DNA of 64,000 bases from Penicillus capitatus (lineage: Eukaryota; Plantae; Chlorophyta). This document shows positions 13,282-26,772 of the stretch, piece after piece (the first letter of the stretch is position 1; each line of letters starts with the position of its first letter). The stretch covers positions 2,263,724 to 2,327,723 of the forward strand of contig OZ287696.1 in the NCBI GenBank assembly GCA_965649825.1. Reading direction: 5' to 3'. Below the pieces are notes generated by a model that had not been told where the DNA came from, did no database searches, and saw nothing but the letters and a program-made list of their open reading frames with translations. Both the position numbers and the translations under genes were made by a program.

Positions 13282-14079
13282 TCACGCCAACACGAATTCA
13301 GCCGGACCGTATCGCAAACAGACGAGCGTATCTTTCCGTATATCTCGGGCCACACGGATCTCATCATCAAGATAGAGATTCTCAAACCTAAAAGCAGAAG
13401 CATGGACACGATCCATACATAGAGGGCGTAAGATCTGACCATCCCTTGCCGAAGGGCGGTATGCGAAACGGCTGTTGACTGCCTTCTTGATAGAAAGCCT
13501 TCTCGAAAACGAAATCCAGTCTCTGTGACGAGGCCACCTGAATCGAAGCATCGACGACGAAACGGGACTCCGGCTCAAATTCGATAATATTCTGTAGACG
13601 GCCGTTATCGACATCGACCACCTAACCAACCCCCTCGACACATCACTCTTTCACGCCGGAGCAGCTAGATCACACTTGGAAAACATCTCCAGGCGATTTC
13701 TTCACAAATCTGCAATTGTCCAGGATGAACAGCACTTCCTACAAGGGTGGCTGTTTGGGGTTTGAAGGATGGATGGTCATCCATCATGTGTGACTACCTT
13801 TTCGGTTGTCCATAACATCTGCCATGTGGCCGTGCTGTCAAGACCCGTCGTCTTTTTCCCTTCTCCATACGTCTGCAGCTTGTCCACGCACTTGAGAATT
13901 GCGTTTTTCTGCACTGGCGTCGTGTTTCTGCCGCGATTTGTGTCCTGGACGAGGCGGCGGAGTTCTTCGACGACAGGACGTGCCGGCGAACGTACAAACA
14001 TCTGTCCGAACGGTGTTGATTCCGCCCGAATCACAGTGAGCGGTCTCGCCATCGGTCGAGCCATCTGCGCACGTCGCAT
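13282..14079 (-). CDS. Plastid lipid-associated protein / PAP-fibrillin family, 3 introns
   Basis: TWQMLWTTEK|EVLFI...PPFGKGW|FENLYLDDEIRVARDIRKDTLV is typical of the small fibrillin subfamily; transit-peptide-like N-terminus. Confidence 0.88.
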
Positions 14080-14187
14080 CGTTCCTTACGACAGAACGTC
14101 ACATCCTTTGGTTTTCTACCCTCCGTGCTAGACCACCCCGTGACTCAGCGTTTCGTTTAGTGCCGTATCGTTCGCGTTGTGTCCCTG

Positions 14188-17186
14188 ATGACGATGGAGC
14201 GTGAAAACGAGGAGAGTTTGCTGGAAAGCCTCTCCGAGACACATCCACGAGGCCTTCACAACGAAGACGCTGCGTCTCGTCCACTCACTCAAGTAAACGA
14301 ATGAAACGACGACAAGGACGCGACGCGACGCGGCGAATGTTCGTTTGTACAGAAGCCCCTACTCAGTCCAGCTGAGCAGATTTTGGTCGGCACGCACCAA
14401 CAACCCACCACATATTCGTATCCAACGGCAGAAGCCGATAACTTCTTTGCCGCGACAAATCCCTATCTGTTGAATTCTTCAGACGTCGGCACTCTCAGTC
14501 GCAGTATGACAGCGCTCGGATTGTCCAATACGATCCCCGAAGAGCCGTCCGGTAATACCATGCCCTAAGCATGTGAACGTGATGTGACGGCTATAACGCG
14601 CCTGTAGATGTTGACTTGGACAGTAGTCCTCTGATGAACGCACGTCGCATCGCTTCGAAGTCTGCCATTGACCTGGTCGGTCTTAATGAGGCGGAAATCT
14701 TCGATGCGAATGCCTCGTTGGGTGGCGAACTCGGTGGCAGCGGTTTATCCTTGAACACAGGCAGGATGGAACATACGGTATCGAAGCCGCTGGATCATGC
14801 ATTCTCTTTTCAAGTCACATCGCTTCCGTCTCGTAGCATTATTGTCAGTAACCTCAGTGCGCTGCTGAACGACGAAAGCATTCAAATGCTCTTTCAAGTG
14901 GGTCACTCTTTCTCACACTTCTGGAAGAAATGCATGACGTTGGCAGATGTCTGGGGACGTCCAAACTGTTCGAATGGAGTACCGTTTGCAAGGCATTGTA
15001 CAAGTGACATACTACGACATCCGATGCGCCATGGCAGCGAAGGAGCAGTTGAATGGTATGGCAGTGGCAGACCAGTACTTGAATGTGCAATTTGTGACAA
15101 CCCCTGGCTCTGTCGGCTCTTTCACAGAGGTCTGTCACATCACTCTTCTCCTCCACATCAGGAAAACGTGCCTCTGTGTGTACAGGGCACACTGCTGGTT
15201 TTTCATATTGATCCAAAACTGGATGCTCAACAAGTGACGGCCCTTTTTTCGAAGTATGGAGAAGTGAAACGTGCCATCCGCATTCCGGACAAAGAAAATC
15301 ATCGTCTGATCGAGTTTTATGATCTGCGCCATGCCAATGCTGCTATGGACGCGCTCAATAGCGGAGAATCGACGCAGCTGTCGGCCAAAGTTCCAGGATT
15401 CTCACCGACAAGACTGAAACAAACCATGAGTCTGCAGCAAATTGCTGGGGAGACTGTGGAAAGCGAAAAGGTATACCAGGCAGACAGGCATCATGAAATC
15501 CGACATGCCGAGTGCACTTGTTCGTTTCAGGACGAAGACCAGGAGTCCAGGAGTTGGGATGGATCGGCTCAGGCGGTTCAGCAGATGGAGACACTCATGG
15601 GATTGAGTGACGGGCACAAACAAACGAACTTCATTCCGCTAAGCAACACAGGTTCGTCTTCTGCTTTGGAGGACCATTAAGAGAGTCGAATGGTGATGGA
15701 AGGTTTGACCAAATCCGTCAGCATCGGAAGCGGACTGTGCGATTCGAGACTGACCCTGGATTCGGGTCAGGAAACGCCAACGTCACGCGTAAACCGTGCC
15801 GTGCAGCTGACGCCTGAACTGGCAGAGGGATTGAAGATCTCGGACAGTGCGTCCAGTCTGGGCAGCGCCGTGTTTCCGGGACGCGGTGCAACGACGCCTC
15901 CGGGTTTCAATGCATCGCCCAAAGTTCAGGCGAACAGTGTGGGAGGAGGGTATGGGATGTCTGGTCTACTGGGAGGCTTTCATCAGCGCGGCATGTCCAA
16001 CAGCACAAGTGTGGAGACAGGACTCGATTCCTATGGACATACTGCACTTAACAAGCCTGTGCTCGAGTCTGGAGTGCCTTCCTTCTCTGCACAGCCGCAT
16101 TCTATGCCGTTTCAGTCAGGTCTTGGCTTGGGTATGGGCACTGGCGGCTTAGGCACAGGACAAGGAGGATATCTCCATCATCGACAGCAGCAGATGGATG
16201 CTGCATCGCTGTTGAATTCGCAAGGAGGGGATAGTTTGGTGCAGGCGATAGCTGCAGCTCAGGCGGCTGGATTGAACGTTTACGATATTCTCGGCCGGAT
16301 CCCAAATGCAAATTTGGCAACGATTTCTCAGCTGCTGGCAGCAAATCGAGGTGTTTTGGGACAGCCAGGTGCTGCAACGGCAAATCCATCGCTTCTGGGC
16401 AACATGAGTTCAGTCAATGCCGCGCGGATGTTGGCAATGCAGAATCTGCAACCGTCTGGATTTTCTGCTGGAGGTCTTTCCAGTCCGAGCTATGGACTCG
16501 GTGGCGTATCGACAGGCTCGGGCTTGGATCTGGGTAACATGTCTAAGAGTGCCAGTTCTCCTGCACTTCATGTTGGAAGTGAAGACCGTGATTCCTCTTC
16601 GCATCGTTTTGGCGGTCGGTTGAGTCGGAGAAATGTGGATCCCTTGATCGAGGCAGAGCGCCGTGCACAGCAGCAGCGACTTTATGCTCTAGACTTAGAT
16701 AAGATCCGTCGAAAAGAAGATAAACGGACAACTCTTATGATCAAGAATATCCCTAACAAGTACACGCAAAAGATGTTGTTGGCATCTATCGATGAGACAT
16801 TGAAGGGAACATATGACTTCTTCTATCTTCCAATCGATTTCAAGAACAAGTGCAATGTCGGCTATGGCTTCATCAATATGAGAGATCCTGAAGATATTAT
16901 TCCACTTGTGGAGAGGTTTCATAACAAGAAATGGGAACGGTTTAACAGTGAGAAGATCTGCTGCGTGGCATATGGTAGGATTCAAGGGAAACAAGCATTG
17001 ATCAATCATTTTCAGAATTCGAGCCTGATGCACGAAGATAAGAAGCATCGTCCGGTGTTGTTTGTAACGGAGGGCCCGAACAAAGGCGAACCTGAGCCCT
17101 TCCCGATCGGCTCGAATATTCGACCCAAGATTACGCTCAAAGAACGAGATTTCAGATCCCGTGAACGCAGCGGCCACTGGACTTAA
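14188..17186 (+). CDS. Mei2-like RNA-binding protein (three RRMs)
   Basis: RRM1 (SIIVSNL...VTYYDIRCAMAA), RRM2 (GTLLVFHI...FYDLRHA), Mei2 RRM3 (DKRTTLMIKNIPNKYTQKMLL...YDFFYLPIDFKNKCNVGYGFINM...YGRIQGK). Confidence 0.93.
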
Positions 17187-17672
17187 GCTAGTTTGATGGT
17201 GGATCTCTTTGTTCGTTCGTTCGTTCGTTCGTCACTAGTGGCCGTTGGGGATTTATGACATCTCTTCGTGGGTATTTTTTCCCCTGTTGTGTATCTCTGT
17301 TGTAGATTTTTGCATTTATTTGTCCTTTGATACGCCCTGATGAAGTGTGTCTGCTTGCATTCTTGGTTTCTTGCATCATGCGATGGAGGCGGCCTTACAA
17401 AGATAAAACAAAACAACGTGTTGCATGACTGGCATCTGGATCTGCATTTGAAGCCGTTCCTTACCATCTCGCTCTATTTTGGACATGATACCCTTATTCA
17501 AAGATTATTTGAGATCTGACAAGGCCTCGCTTCCCACCCAGATGCACCTTTTAGAAGAAAACAATTAAAAGGACTGCTTTTCATCGACAGACATCAGACG
17601 AATACACATGTAAGGTGTGTTATGACAGACAGACAGATAAACAGACTCCACAGAAACACATCCAGCCACGCA

Positions 17673-18309
17673 TCAAGATCGAAAACTGTTCCCTCGTCGC
17701 GCACGATTGAGGTAATCGTTGAGCATCCACGAACAGAATTCGAAATCGAGTGAGGCACTCATCCGTTCCATTTCGTCCTCGATGATCTCCCATTGCTCGG
17801 CCGTGAGGTAACAGAGAGCAGAAGATGTGAAGGAGATGCCGTTCTCCATGAGTGTTCCTTCAGGATCAGATCCGGAACGGATGAGTGTTTGGAGTGCCCT
17901 CCATAAGAGAGGATCGACATTGGAGCATCGAAATGGATCGATGAATGGGATGTCGGCATCGCCAAGCGGCTGATCGAAAGCATCTCTCGTACGCCATCCC
18001 TCATCTCCATCTCACACAACTGACCCATCTCTTCAGACGACGCAGCGTTTTACCTGGATCATCCTCCATCCTTTCCATACACAGTGCTTCGTAGGCCAGG
18101 TTGACAAGCGAGGCCAATTCCGTTGTGTCGCTCGACGAGACATCTGGATGCACGTTCTTCATTTTCTGCACGTATGCGGACCGAATCTCTCTTCGCGTTG
18201 CGCCTCGATGCACATCGAGCAGTTGATAGGGACAGGTGTCATCCGGCAGAGCAGGCGTTCTGGTGCAGTTCCACCTTTTCAACGATCGCGTTGTGTGCCC
18301 CGCGAGCAT
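17673..18309 (-). CDS. DnaJ-domain protein, probably organelle-targeted, 1 intron
   Basis: J domain PYQLLDV...REIRSAY...HPD...VNLAYEAL; intron 18011-18053 restores the frame to stop 17673. Confidence 0.8.
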
Positions 18310-18364
18310 CAGAATGCCGGTGCGCGCACCGTGCTATCCCATTGCACAGACTTTGCGTTTCTGC

Positions 18365-19237
18365 ATGCAGGGTTCCATGCGGTATGTTCGCACGCTAGCC
18401 GCGGCGCCACCGGATCCGCCACGATCTCTAGAAGTCACCCGTCCAAAACGCTCAGCTTCGCGACGGCTTCTTCGCAAGAGTGACCTCGAAAACAAACTCC
18501 TTATCACGCGCACGACTGGCCGGCAATTCGGCACTGTTGGTGAAGCCTGGGTCGAGCCACGACGTCTCTACGTCCAATCCTTCGACGTCATCCAGAAGAA
18601 GACGCTGTCATTGTCCAGCGAGAAACGCGGCAGCGTTGCCCTTAAGTACATTCGCGAAGTGGGTGATGTGGTGCTGATCCATGACGATCGCGATTTCACG
18701 ACCAGCTTCCTTGAAGCCGATCGCCGTCAAATCATCATTCCTGGATTGAAGCTTGTCCAAGACAATGGCACCTCCATCGGCCGCTGCGTCGATTTCGTCT
18801 TCGATCCCCAAACCGGTCGCATTGTCAAGCTCATCTTCCATACCGTCAATCTCGCCTTCGCCAAGAGTGGATGGTTTGATCAGTACGCAGTTAATGTACA
18901 GGAGATCTCACGTATCGTCCTGCCGGAAAAAATGATCTATCTACGCAACGAAGCCTCGTGGAAGAAAGTCGGAGTGGGCGAGTATCAGTTCTTGGCAAAT
19001 CTCGTCCCATCTTTCGCCGAAGAAGCCGATGACGACATCCGTTTTCTCGAGCGATCCGATTTGCAATCTCAGTATCAGACATTGCTGGAAGAGAGCCGCC
19101 GTCAACAGGCTGCCTATTATGCGCGTTATGGTCAGTCGAGGCGTCCATCAGCTGCGCGGCGACCTCGCGAGGACGTGCGGATCGATGATTGGATAAAAAG
19201 AGAGGAACGTGAAGAGCAGCTCTTCATGCAAGAGTGA
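18365..19237 (+). CDS. Tandem PRC-barrel domain protein (cyanobacterial-like), intronless
   Basis: Two PRC-barrel-like repeats (LITRTTGRQFGTVGEAWVEP...IREVGDVVLI; LVQDNGTSIGRCVDFVFDPQTGRIVKL). Start codon uncertain (18314/18365/18377). Confidence 0.7.
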   Translation: MQGSMRYVRTLAAAPPDPPRSLEVTRPKRSASRRLLRKSDLENKLLITRTTGRQFGTVGEAWVEPRRLYVQSFDVIQKKTLSLSSEKRGSVALKYIREVGDVVLIHDDRDFTTSFLEADRRQIIIPGLKLVQDNGTSIGRCVDFVFDPQTGRIVKLIFHTVNLAFAKSGWFDQYAVNVQEISRIVLPEKMIYLRNEASWKKVGVGEYQFLANLVPSFAEEADDDIRFLERSDLQSQYQTLLEESRRQQAAYYARYGQSRRPSAARRPREDVRIDDWIKREEREEQLFMQE

Positions 19238-19304
19238 GATCATCATCGTCAGGGACACAGATGCGGAACCTTCTTGTTCAACATCACACATGGATAGAAG
19301 ATCT

Positions 19305-19553
19305 TCATTGCTGGTCGAGAATATCTCTCGGCGGTCCTTTGGCCAATTCTCCGCGCGTCGCTTCGATCTCTGCCACACGTGCTCTGGCGCGTGCGACGGC
19401 GCCGGACATGAAATAACCACCCCACGCACCGCCGGCTGTCCAAATGAGGTACTCCCACGGATAACGCGTTAGTGGAAGCTGACGTAGGGCATTGGTATAC
19501 ATCTGTGTCGTAAAGCCGAAAGCGGCACCAGTGAACACCCATCCCATCACCAT
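19305..19553 (-). CDS. NDUFC2: Complex I subunit NDUFC2/B14.5b (green-lineage type)
   Basis: TQMYTNALRQLPLTRYPWEY matches the plant motif TQMYSNALRKLPYMRHPWEH; 82 aa. Confidence 0.8.
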   Translation of the reverse strand: MVMGWVFTGAAFGFTTQMYTNALRQLPLTRYPWEYLIWTAGGAWGGYFMSGAVARARARVAEIEATRGELAKGPPRDILDQQ

Positions 19554-19751
19554 GTCGAACGCACGACTCGGAAGGGGACGGACGGAAATCGCTAGAGATG
19601 TGACGTCGGGTAACGACAGCGGCAGAATGAACACGGGTCTGATATGACTTAATAAACAGCAATCAGTGCCTAAGACGATACACATTTAACAGAATAGATG
19701 ACTGAAGAGGCTCGGTCGGTCTCTTTATTAAATCTCCACAGTATCTGTGGT

Positions 19752-21136
19752 TCAATTCTGAAGCTCGGTGACCAAGGCGCCCCATTCCTTGGCGCTCTGA
19801 CTGGCGAGTTGGGCTTGAGACAATGCAAAATCTCTTAACACGGCTGACATCTCAACGGAGCGTTCTTGCTGAAAACGGGCAATCTCTCGTGACATTTTTT
19901 CGACGATGGCCTCGTAGGCCGTCTGCATGTTCTTCATCCGTGTCTCTGCTGTCTCCACTTCGCGTTCTGCCTCCAGTACTTTATCGTGTTTGGTCCCCGG
20001 TGCGCTACGGAATTTGCTGAGCTTTGCTTTCTGACTCTCGTGACTCGCCTTTGCGGCATTATAAGCGGCCAGAGCTGCTGTACGATCGGCAATGACCGCC
20101 TTAACGCTCTTCATGGTGCGCGTAAACTCCTTCATCGGTGCTTCAAAGCCTTCCGTCAACATCTTGCAACTCTCACGCGTATGCGATGACAATTCACCTG
20201 ATTCACACACTCTTTGCTCAGACCGTTTCAAGGGGGAGACAGACATTACCTGTGTGCTTGCCCAATTCTGTAAACGCTTCCTGCACGCGACCGTCTTCGT
20301 ACTTTCCAAGTTTGTCTGCCGCTTGGCCGAATTCTCCCACCGCCAAACCCAATTCGTTCTGCTTCTTAATGAGTCGCGCCGATTGACGATGCGCCTCGCT
20401 CAGATGCGATTCCAGATGTCCCAAGTACTCCTTCATTTTCAAATACTCCGGATCTTCACGATCGTCTTCGGCACCACGATGCAAGAAACTCTGTGCCGTC
20501 GTCAGTGTCCCTTTGAAGAACTTGTTCAGCTTCGTGCCAGCTCCGCCCTCTTCTTGGTTCATCCGTGCCACCGACATCGCCCAAACATCTTCCGTTGCCT
20601 CCAGGAAGAGTTTGAGCTCTTCGGCCTCGGAAAGGGCATCGTGGGCACAGACACGATTGATAAAGACTTGGAGGGCCTTTCGTCTCGATTCGATGAACTC
20701 TGTTGACATCTGGTATTTCTGTACGGCGTTCTTCTCGGGCAGCGGAGGGATGATGACTCCCTTGTACTTCTCTCGAAGCTTATCGGCGAGCCATGAGAAA
20801 TCGCGGAAGCGGCGTACGACTTCGAATTCGCCATTCGAAAACGAAGGGAGTGTTGTTTTGGTGCGAACGCGATAGGAGACGTAAGCCCCAACACCTTCGC
20901 CCTGTTTCACCGGGTCCGATACGACCACTTCAAAGGACGACCCCTTGGATGACTACACAGCACGGCCGAACCGCAATAGCAAACGAACGCACACACATGT
21001 TAAGCGTTACCCCTTCCCCGACGACAGACTCGTAAGCGGGCGGTGGACCGGGTGGAACAACACTTGGGCCCTGAGCAAAAGAAAAGACGACGTTGAGAGC
21101 ACGTCGTGGATGGCGGCGCACTTTGGATTCGGTCAT
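19752..21136 (-). CDS. SNX1: Sorting nexin 1 (PX-BAR)
   Basis: PX motif VVRRFRDFSWL...IIPPLPEK...FIESRRKALQVFINRV followed by a BAR coiled coil ending MSREIARFQQER. Confidence 0.92.
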
Positions 21137-21303
21137 GGTATTCGATGCGTCAAAGAGCGGCGCGCGTCGCGTGTTTGGTGAAAAATGCAGGAAGTACTAA
21201 ATGCAAAAATGAATGGATGCATCGTCACTTGGTATCGTTAACGCCATTTCTAGCTCGCGGCTTTTGGCGCCGACCCTGGTTACCAAACGTCATCGTCCGA
21301 GCC

Positions 21304-22625
21304 ATGGGAACAGTACCGCCTACTGAAACAGTGTCGCATCAGAGTGGCGACGCCCCCGAGAGCACAGACTTTGCCAACTACTTCTGCACCTATGCCTTCC
21401 TCTATCACCAAGTATGACTTGAATCACACATTGGCAAAGTGTGAGGAGTGAGTTTCTGTAGAAAGATATGCTGGAAGATCGCAAGAGAACGGGAAGCTAC
21501 TATGAAGCTGTCATGAAGAATGCGCATCTCTTTGAGGGACGCGTGGTGCTGGATGTTGGCACAGGCAGTGGCATTCTGGCCTTGTTTGCAGCTAAGGCGG
21601 GTGCCAGCAAAGTCTACGCCATCGAAGCGACAGATGTCGCTGTCCATGCTCGGACATTGATGCAAGCCAATAAGGCAGGATGGATGGTCAGATATCCATG
21701 CCGTTTCTCACCAGCTTCTTGTCTCAGGTCGCCGATCGCGTTGTCGTGATTCAGGGGACAATGGAATCGGTGGAATTGCCAGAGAAAGTCGATGTGATTA
21801 TTTCGGAATGGATGGGATACTTTCTTTTGAGGGAATCCATGATCGATTCGGTCATCGTGGCTCGGGACAAATTCCTTAAACCTGGCGGATCACTCTTTCC
21901 CAGTCATGCCAGCATGTATCTTGCGCCCATTCGCTCACAAGCAACCTACCTCCGCCTTCAGGAGTTCCAGGTGGTGCTAGTATCCGTCCGTCTTTGTGAT
22001 GAGGGAGATGGTGAGCATAGGGAGCAATGGCGGGATGGCATGCATTTGTGAGAGACATGCAGGAGTTCTATGGAGTGAATATGCACTGTCTGACCAAACA
22101 GTATGACAGAGAACAGCACGATTACTATCGATGTACGGCTCAGTGGAGTGAAGTGCATCCACATCAACTCATGGCGCCTCCTGTTCGATTCAAGAGCTAC
22201 GACATGCTGACAGTGACACTCGATGAAGCTAAAGTATCACACTTTCTCACACATGTGAGATCTGGAGATATGGATGTGTGCAGGCGCCATTGACGGCCGA
22301 GATGGAGTTTGAGATGCAATACGATGGCAAAGTGGATGCACTGTGTGGATTCTTTGATGTGACGTTTGCCGGTTCCCCTCAGAACCCGGCACAGCGTACA
22401 GTGCTGCTATCGACAGCTCCAGAGATGGATTCTTGCACACATTGGGGACAGCTGTCTTTTCATCTCTTCCCGCAGCTGCTGTGTCGAAGAGGTCATCTTC
22501 TGCCTCTGTCCGTGAAGATGACACGCAGAAGTGACAATCATCGATTGATGAATCTGCACGTTTCCATTCAGGATCCTCAGCAAAACAATGGGAAGGCATT
22601 GGAGTACGATTTCTTCATTGAATAA
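21304..22625 (+). CDS. PRMT10: Protein arginine N-methyltransferase 10, 4 introns
   Basis: DFANYFCTYAFLYHQ|KDMLED, VVLDVGTGSGIL, SEWMGYFLLRESM, THWGQ; GC-AG intron 21675-21727. Confidence 0.93.
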
Positions 22626-22747
22626 GACAGCCGCCTATTGAGTGGACCTCGCATGTGAATCGTATCGTGCGAAAATCGGATCAGCAAAAAGCAAACGCAG
22701 AAGTGTAATTGGAAACGGTCGGATGAAGCATCTTTGCAAATAGCACG

Positions 22748-24077
22748 TTATTTCTCTTCTCTCGTTCGATGGCGAAGCCCAGCTCTTGCTAAAGACACAT
22801 CAGACAGTGAGAAGATCCGTTTGCCGTGATAAAACGCTGTGCCATCACATTTTGCGGAAGCGGATGGTGATCCAGCCATCGGATGAGATCCTCTTCCAGA
22901 AACGGATTCTGCTCGAGGCGGTGTTTTGCTTGACGCCGCCCTCTTCGTTTCTTCCCCTGCCAGCCAACCAGCAGACTTGTACAAAATCAATGCAACGACC
23001 ACAGAAGCAAAAACAAGCATCATCCCACTCATCATCCACAGAAACGATATCGAATCCGAGGGACGCAGGAGATAGAGCCATTGATCCAGCAGACCTTCCA
23101 ACACACAGCGATACATCACAGGGAGGAGGGGTCTGTACGGAATACCTAGGTGTTTCGTCAAAGAGATGGCGGCGGCATAGATCTTTGGAAGATGTCCAGT
23201 GTATCTGGGAGTCAGCGTCATCTCAATGCTTTCCAGTGGCGCCGTCTCGTCTTCTCTGTAATGCTCAATGAGGACAATCTCAACCATCACGCGATTCTGG
23301 AAACGCATCAGCAGTCGTGCTGGAAACTTCCACAGCCTGATATCACAAACTGCCCTCATTGCTCAAGATCATGCATGACATTCCATTTTTATCACTTAGA
23401 CAAAAAATGCGAGTAATCGTGTACAGGTTGTCCGGTGACAGCGACGAAAGATTCGTGAAGTTTGGCTCCCCCTTCCGATCGTAGCACCGTTTGCGCATGA
23501 AAGACTTCAGGATCTTTATCTTCCTTTTCGAGCGTCAGTTGCAGAATGATGTCTACCTGTAGACACAGGAAATTGATTTGGTGTCGTGCAAAAGGAGAGG
23601 TACGTCATCTCCTGAATGGAAATAGCGCCGAGGACGATCTTCCTGTTGGATGCTTGGCAAAGATGTGATGTCTGACAGTCTGAGATGCATGGTCGCATGC
23701 TCTGTTCGAGTATCGAATGTGACGGGAGTTTTCACAGACGTCCATGACGGACTCCATCTCCTGTTTCAGCATTTGACGTCACGTCAGGGCGAGGATTGGA
23801 TATACCGAACACCCGTAACGGATGTCAGAATAAGAACACCCCAAGTGGCAGAAAAGAGACAAGGAATCAATGCAGTATAGGCACAGCAGACGGCACAGTT
23901 CTGCAAAAGACGACGGAACATTGGCTCGTTTTTAGTTGCGTGAATAAGCGGGATAAACCAGAGATCTTTTTGCTGATCAGGTTCATTCAAGTCGTGTACC
24001 GATAGCTTGACGTCGATGACGAAACGGTTTTTTGATGGAACGACGTCATGTCTTATCATTACGGCATAGACGACCAT
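22748..24077 (-). CDS. Hypothetical membrane protein, multi-exon; 5' structure uncertain
   Basis: ORFs 23784-24110, 23553-23735 and 22748-23359 join through short GT-AG introns; hydrophobic segments near both ends. No family recognised. Confidence 0.55.
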
Positions 24078-24437
24078 TCGTGGCCAAGGAGTTTGGACTG
24101 AATGGCACATTTATCTCTCTTGTGCAAGGATTTCCCAAGCAGTCAGCCCTGCATCCGACGCCCAGTCGCGTTCGTTGGAACGTGGTGCATTTCTGCCGTA
24201 GGTGTCACATCAGATGCGTCGCAGTGATCCAGACAGCCCTGCGAAATCGAGGCGGAAGTCCGCCGCGGCGCCACAAATGTACCACCGTGGAGCGTGTTTC
24301 GCTGCAATGTCGGCGACGCAGGATCGAAGACCGGTATCGCTCATCCTTGGTCCATGACTGTCCCTCGTAGCCCTCGAGCAGAGACGTAGGTCGCCAGCAG
24401 GGTGCCGAGACAGAGGGTCGTCAGTCGGGGACCAACG

Positions 24438-24621
24438 TGTCACTCGTGTCAATGGACAGCTGTCCACTTTCGTGCAGCTGACCGCGGAGACGCGTCGATG
24501 TGACGCGTGTGTACGTTCTACGCGTATAAATCCGAACATTAAACGACACAACAGTCTTTGTAACCTGTAAACCTTCGTCGTTACTTTGTCGTTAACCGCG
24601 TGGTTCATCGACAGCGTGACA
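24438..24621. mobile_element. Possible solo-LTR/MITE-like piece inside the copy-A-specific insertion
   Basis: 184 bp bounded by TGTCAC...GTGACA with internal TATAAAT and ATTAAA; absent from copy B; no target-site duplication found. Confidence 0.3.
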
Positions 24622-26772
24622 ACTCGTCGCTTCCGTCGTTGACGCGCCGCCCACCTCACTACACGGACACGGCCTCGCTGGCGACGGGACCGCATTCGCA
24701 ATTTTTGAAGGCGTTTTACGCCACCCCCGAACTCGGCTGAAAGCACGCGGAAGTTTCGGAGTTGGGCCCTCCGATCTGTCTCATGTCGCGTAATCCCAGC
24801 GCTTGGGCCAGCGTCGCAAACGATGAGGCTGCACCGAGCGAGACGCGACCGCTGCCTGTCGGCCAAGTTGCTCTCACGGCGACTCCCCGACGTCTCCCTC
24901 GTCTTCCTGCCATTCGTCCGTGACGACTTTCTTGACGACTCTTTGCGAGTCTGACGGACCGAGGCATGCTGTTCTTTGACGTTTCTTGACAAGACGACGT
25001 TTTCTTGCCCATTCATTGCAGGTTTTGTGGCAAGTGCACGTGGTAGACTGGTGTTATTCAACCGTTTTCCCTTAATTGCCTCACTCACTCTCAGCGTGTC
25101 GTGGTACTGTGTAAATACTTAACTATCACACAGCACATGTCTCTGACGAACTTCGACACCCTTCATTCTTAGTTGACACAGTCTTTCTTCCTGATGGGAC
25201 GTGGTGCAGATTCTTTCCGACCGCATTTTTTGGCCGACTTCAGCTTACTCCGTTACCTTCTGGTTCGCGGGCAGTCCGTAGCGGAAAGCGGTTCTCTGAC
25301 GTCGAAGAAGGCGGCCGACGGTCAGAGTGAAGGCTTGCAGGAATGTTTGTGCGTGCGGGTGGAGATGGCTGACGACGAAACTGTATCGAGGCGAGAAAGG
25401 CAACATTTAACTAAAGTCGTCAAACGAAATCGGTTAAGAGAGATTCCCGCGGGGCTAGGAGAGGTCCTTACTCCTGGCGTCGGAGAAAAAATACAGCAAT
25501 CGTCTACGCACGGAGGCAGTCGGAAGTTATTCTCGTCCAGACCCGTCCTTATGTCGGTCTGGTTAGAAGAGTGTTTTCCGGCGGTTTTTACAAAATCGGC
25601 TGCCCGAACTTCTTGGATGTTTTTTTTTCCATTTCCCCTGACGGGGCGTGGCACATGTTCATTCAAACGCCATGTAAATGAGGAATTATATATATTCTCA
25701 GTTGACACAGACGTGGTCGTCGCTTGTAAGATCTTTCATCTTTGAATTCCTAAATCCTTTACCCACAAGTATCCCTGCTTCTATATTCATGGATCCCTAT
25801 CTGTCCACTGGTCGGTGTGAAACTTGGAGGCCGCTATAGTACTTAGAACATCGCTCTGTTTGTATCGACAAACCCCGTCTTTTTTATAACTCTTTCATTT
25901 CAAGAACATAGTCTCTCGCGCCGGCCGATGCAAAAGTGAGTTATGTCTCGAAACTTAAAGTCAGTCTGTAACACAACATACTTCTCTTCCCATTTTGAAG
26001 GTTCGGAGACGAAAATCGAATCTCTATTCCGATTTATATCTAGACCATCATCATTTTGGCCCATGTGGCACATTTAGATACTCCTCGCCTGTGATACTCA
26101 GCGACCTTTCCGATGCTCTTGTTCGACCTCCGACAGTTTCGCTCTTCTATGAAGCAATGGCAGTTGAACCGCTGCTGCTTGCGAGGCTGCAATCCAAGAT
26201 TGCTTCCCCGATGGCATCTGACGTGCAACGAATCCTTCGTTGAGCACCGATCGCATTCTGCTTGCTCGTTTCGTACAATGGACAAGGTACATACTGCAAA
26301 GCATTTCAGGCTGCCGTTGGACAACACGAAGGGTCCAAATGGCAGTCCAAGGCTCCAGCATGTTCTCATAGTTGTCCGACGAAACGATCAATCCTTGAGT
26401 CGACGGTAAGTATCAGACGGATTCAATTTAAACATATCCGCGGCACCAATTTTAGAACCATCCGTTTTCTTTATTCATCTCGATATACAGAGAGCATTTA
26501 GCATGCGTCGACGACACCAGATATTTGTTCAGGTACTGATGATGAATACGGGTGTGTCCAGCTAATAAACTGCCACTCCGCTTCACTCGGAGCCTCTACG
26601 CGGAAACTACATACAGATAAACAGACACGTCTCATTTAACCAATGCATGGACATTTAAATCGTGCATCCGCCGGGCGAACGCACGTAACGCATTTTCTCC
26701 TCCGTTTATTCGCTGCCTGTCTGTGCTTCTGACGTGTCGTAGTTCTCGACCATCCACATTTTTCTCCACACA

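Noticed and set aside
17210-17232. (TTCG)n microsatellite after the Mei2-like gene
   Set aside because: Short simple repeat in a 3' UTR; similar runs occur elsewhere (e.g. ~12205) with no further structure.
26040-26369. HNH/zinc-finger-like ORF (CDRCSTKDSLHVRCH...) conserved in both repeat copies
   Set aside because: Spacing does not fit HNH well, other frames look equally protein-like, and conservation is explained by the recent duplication.
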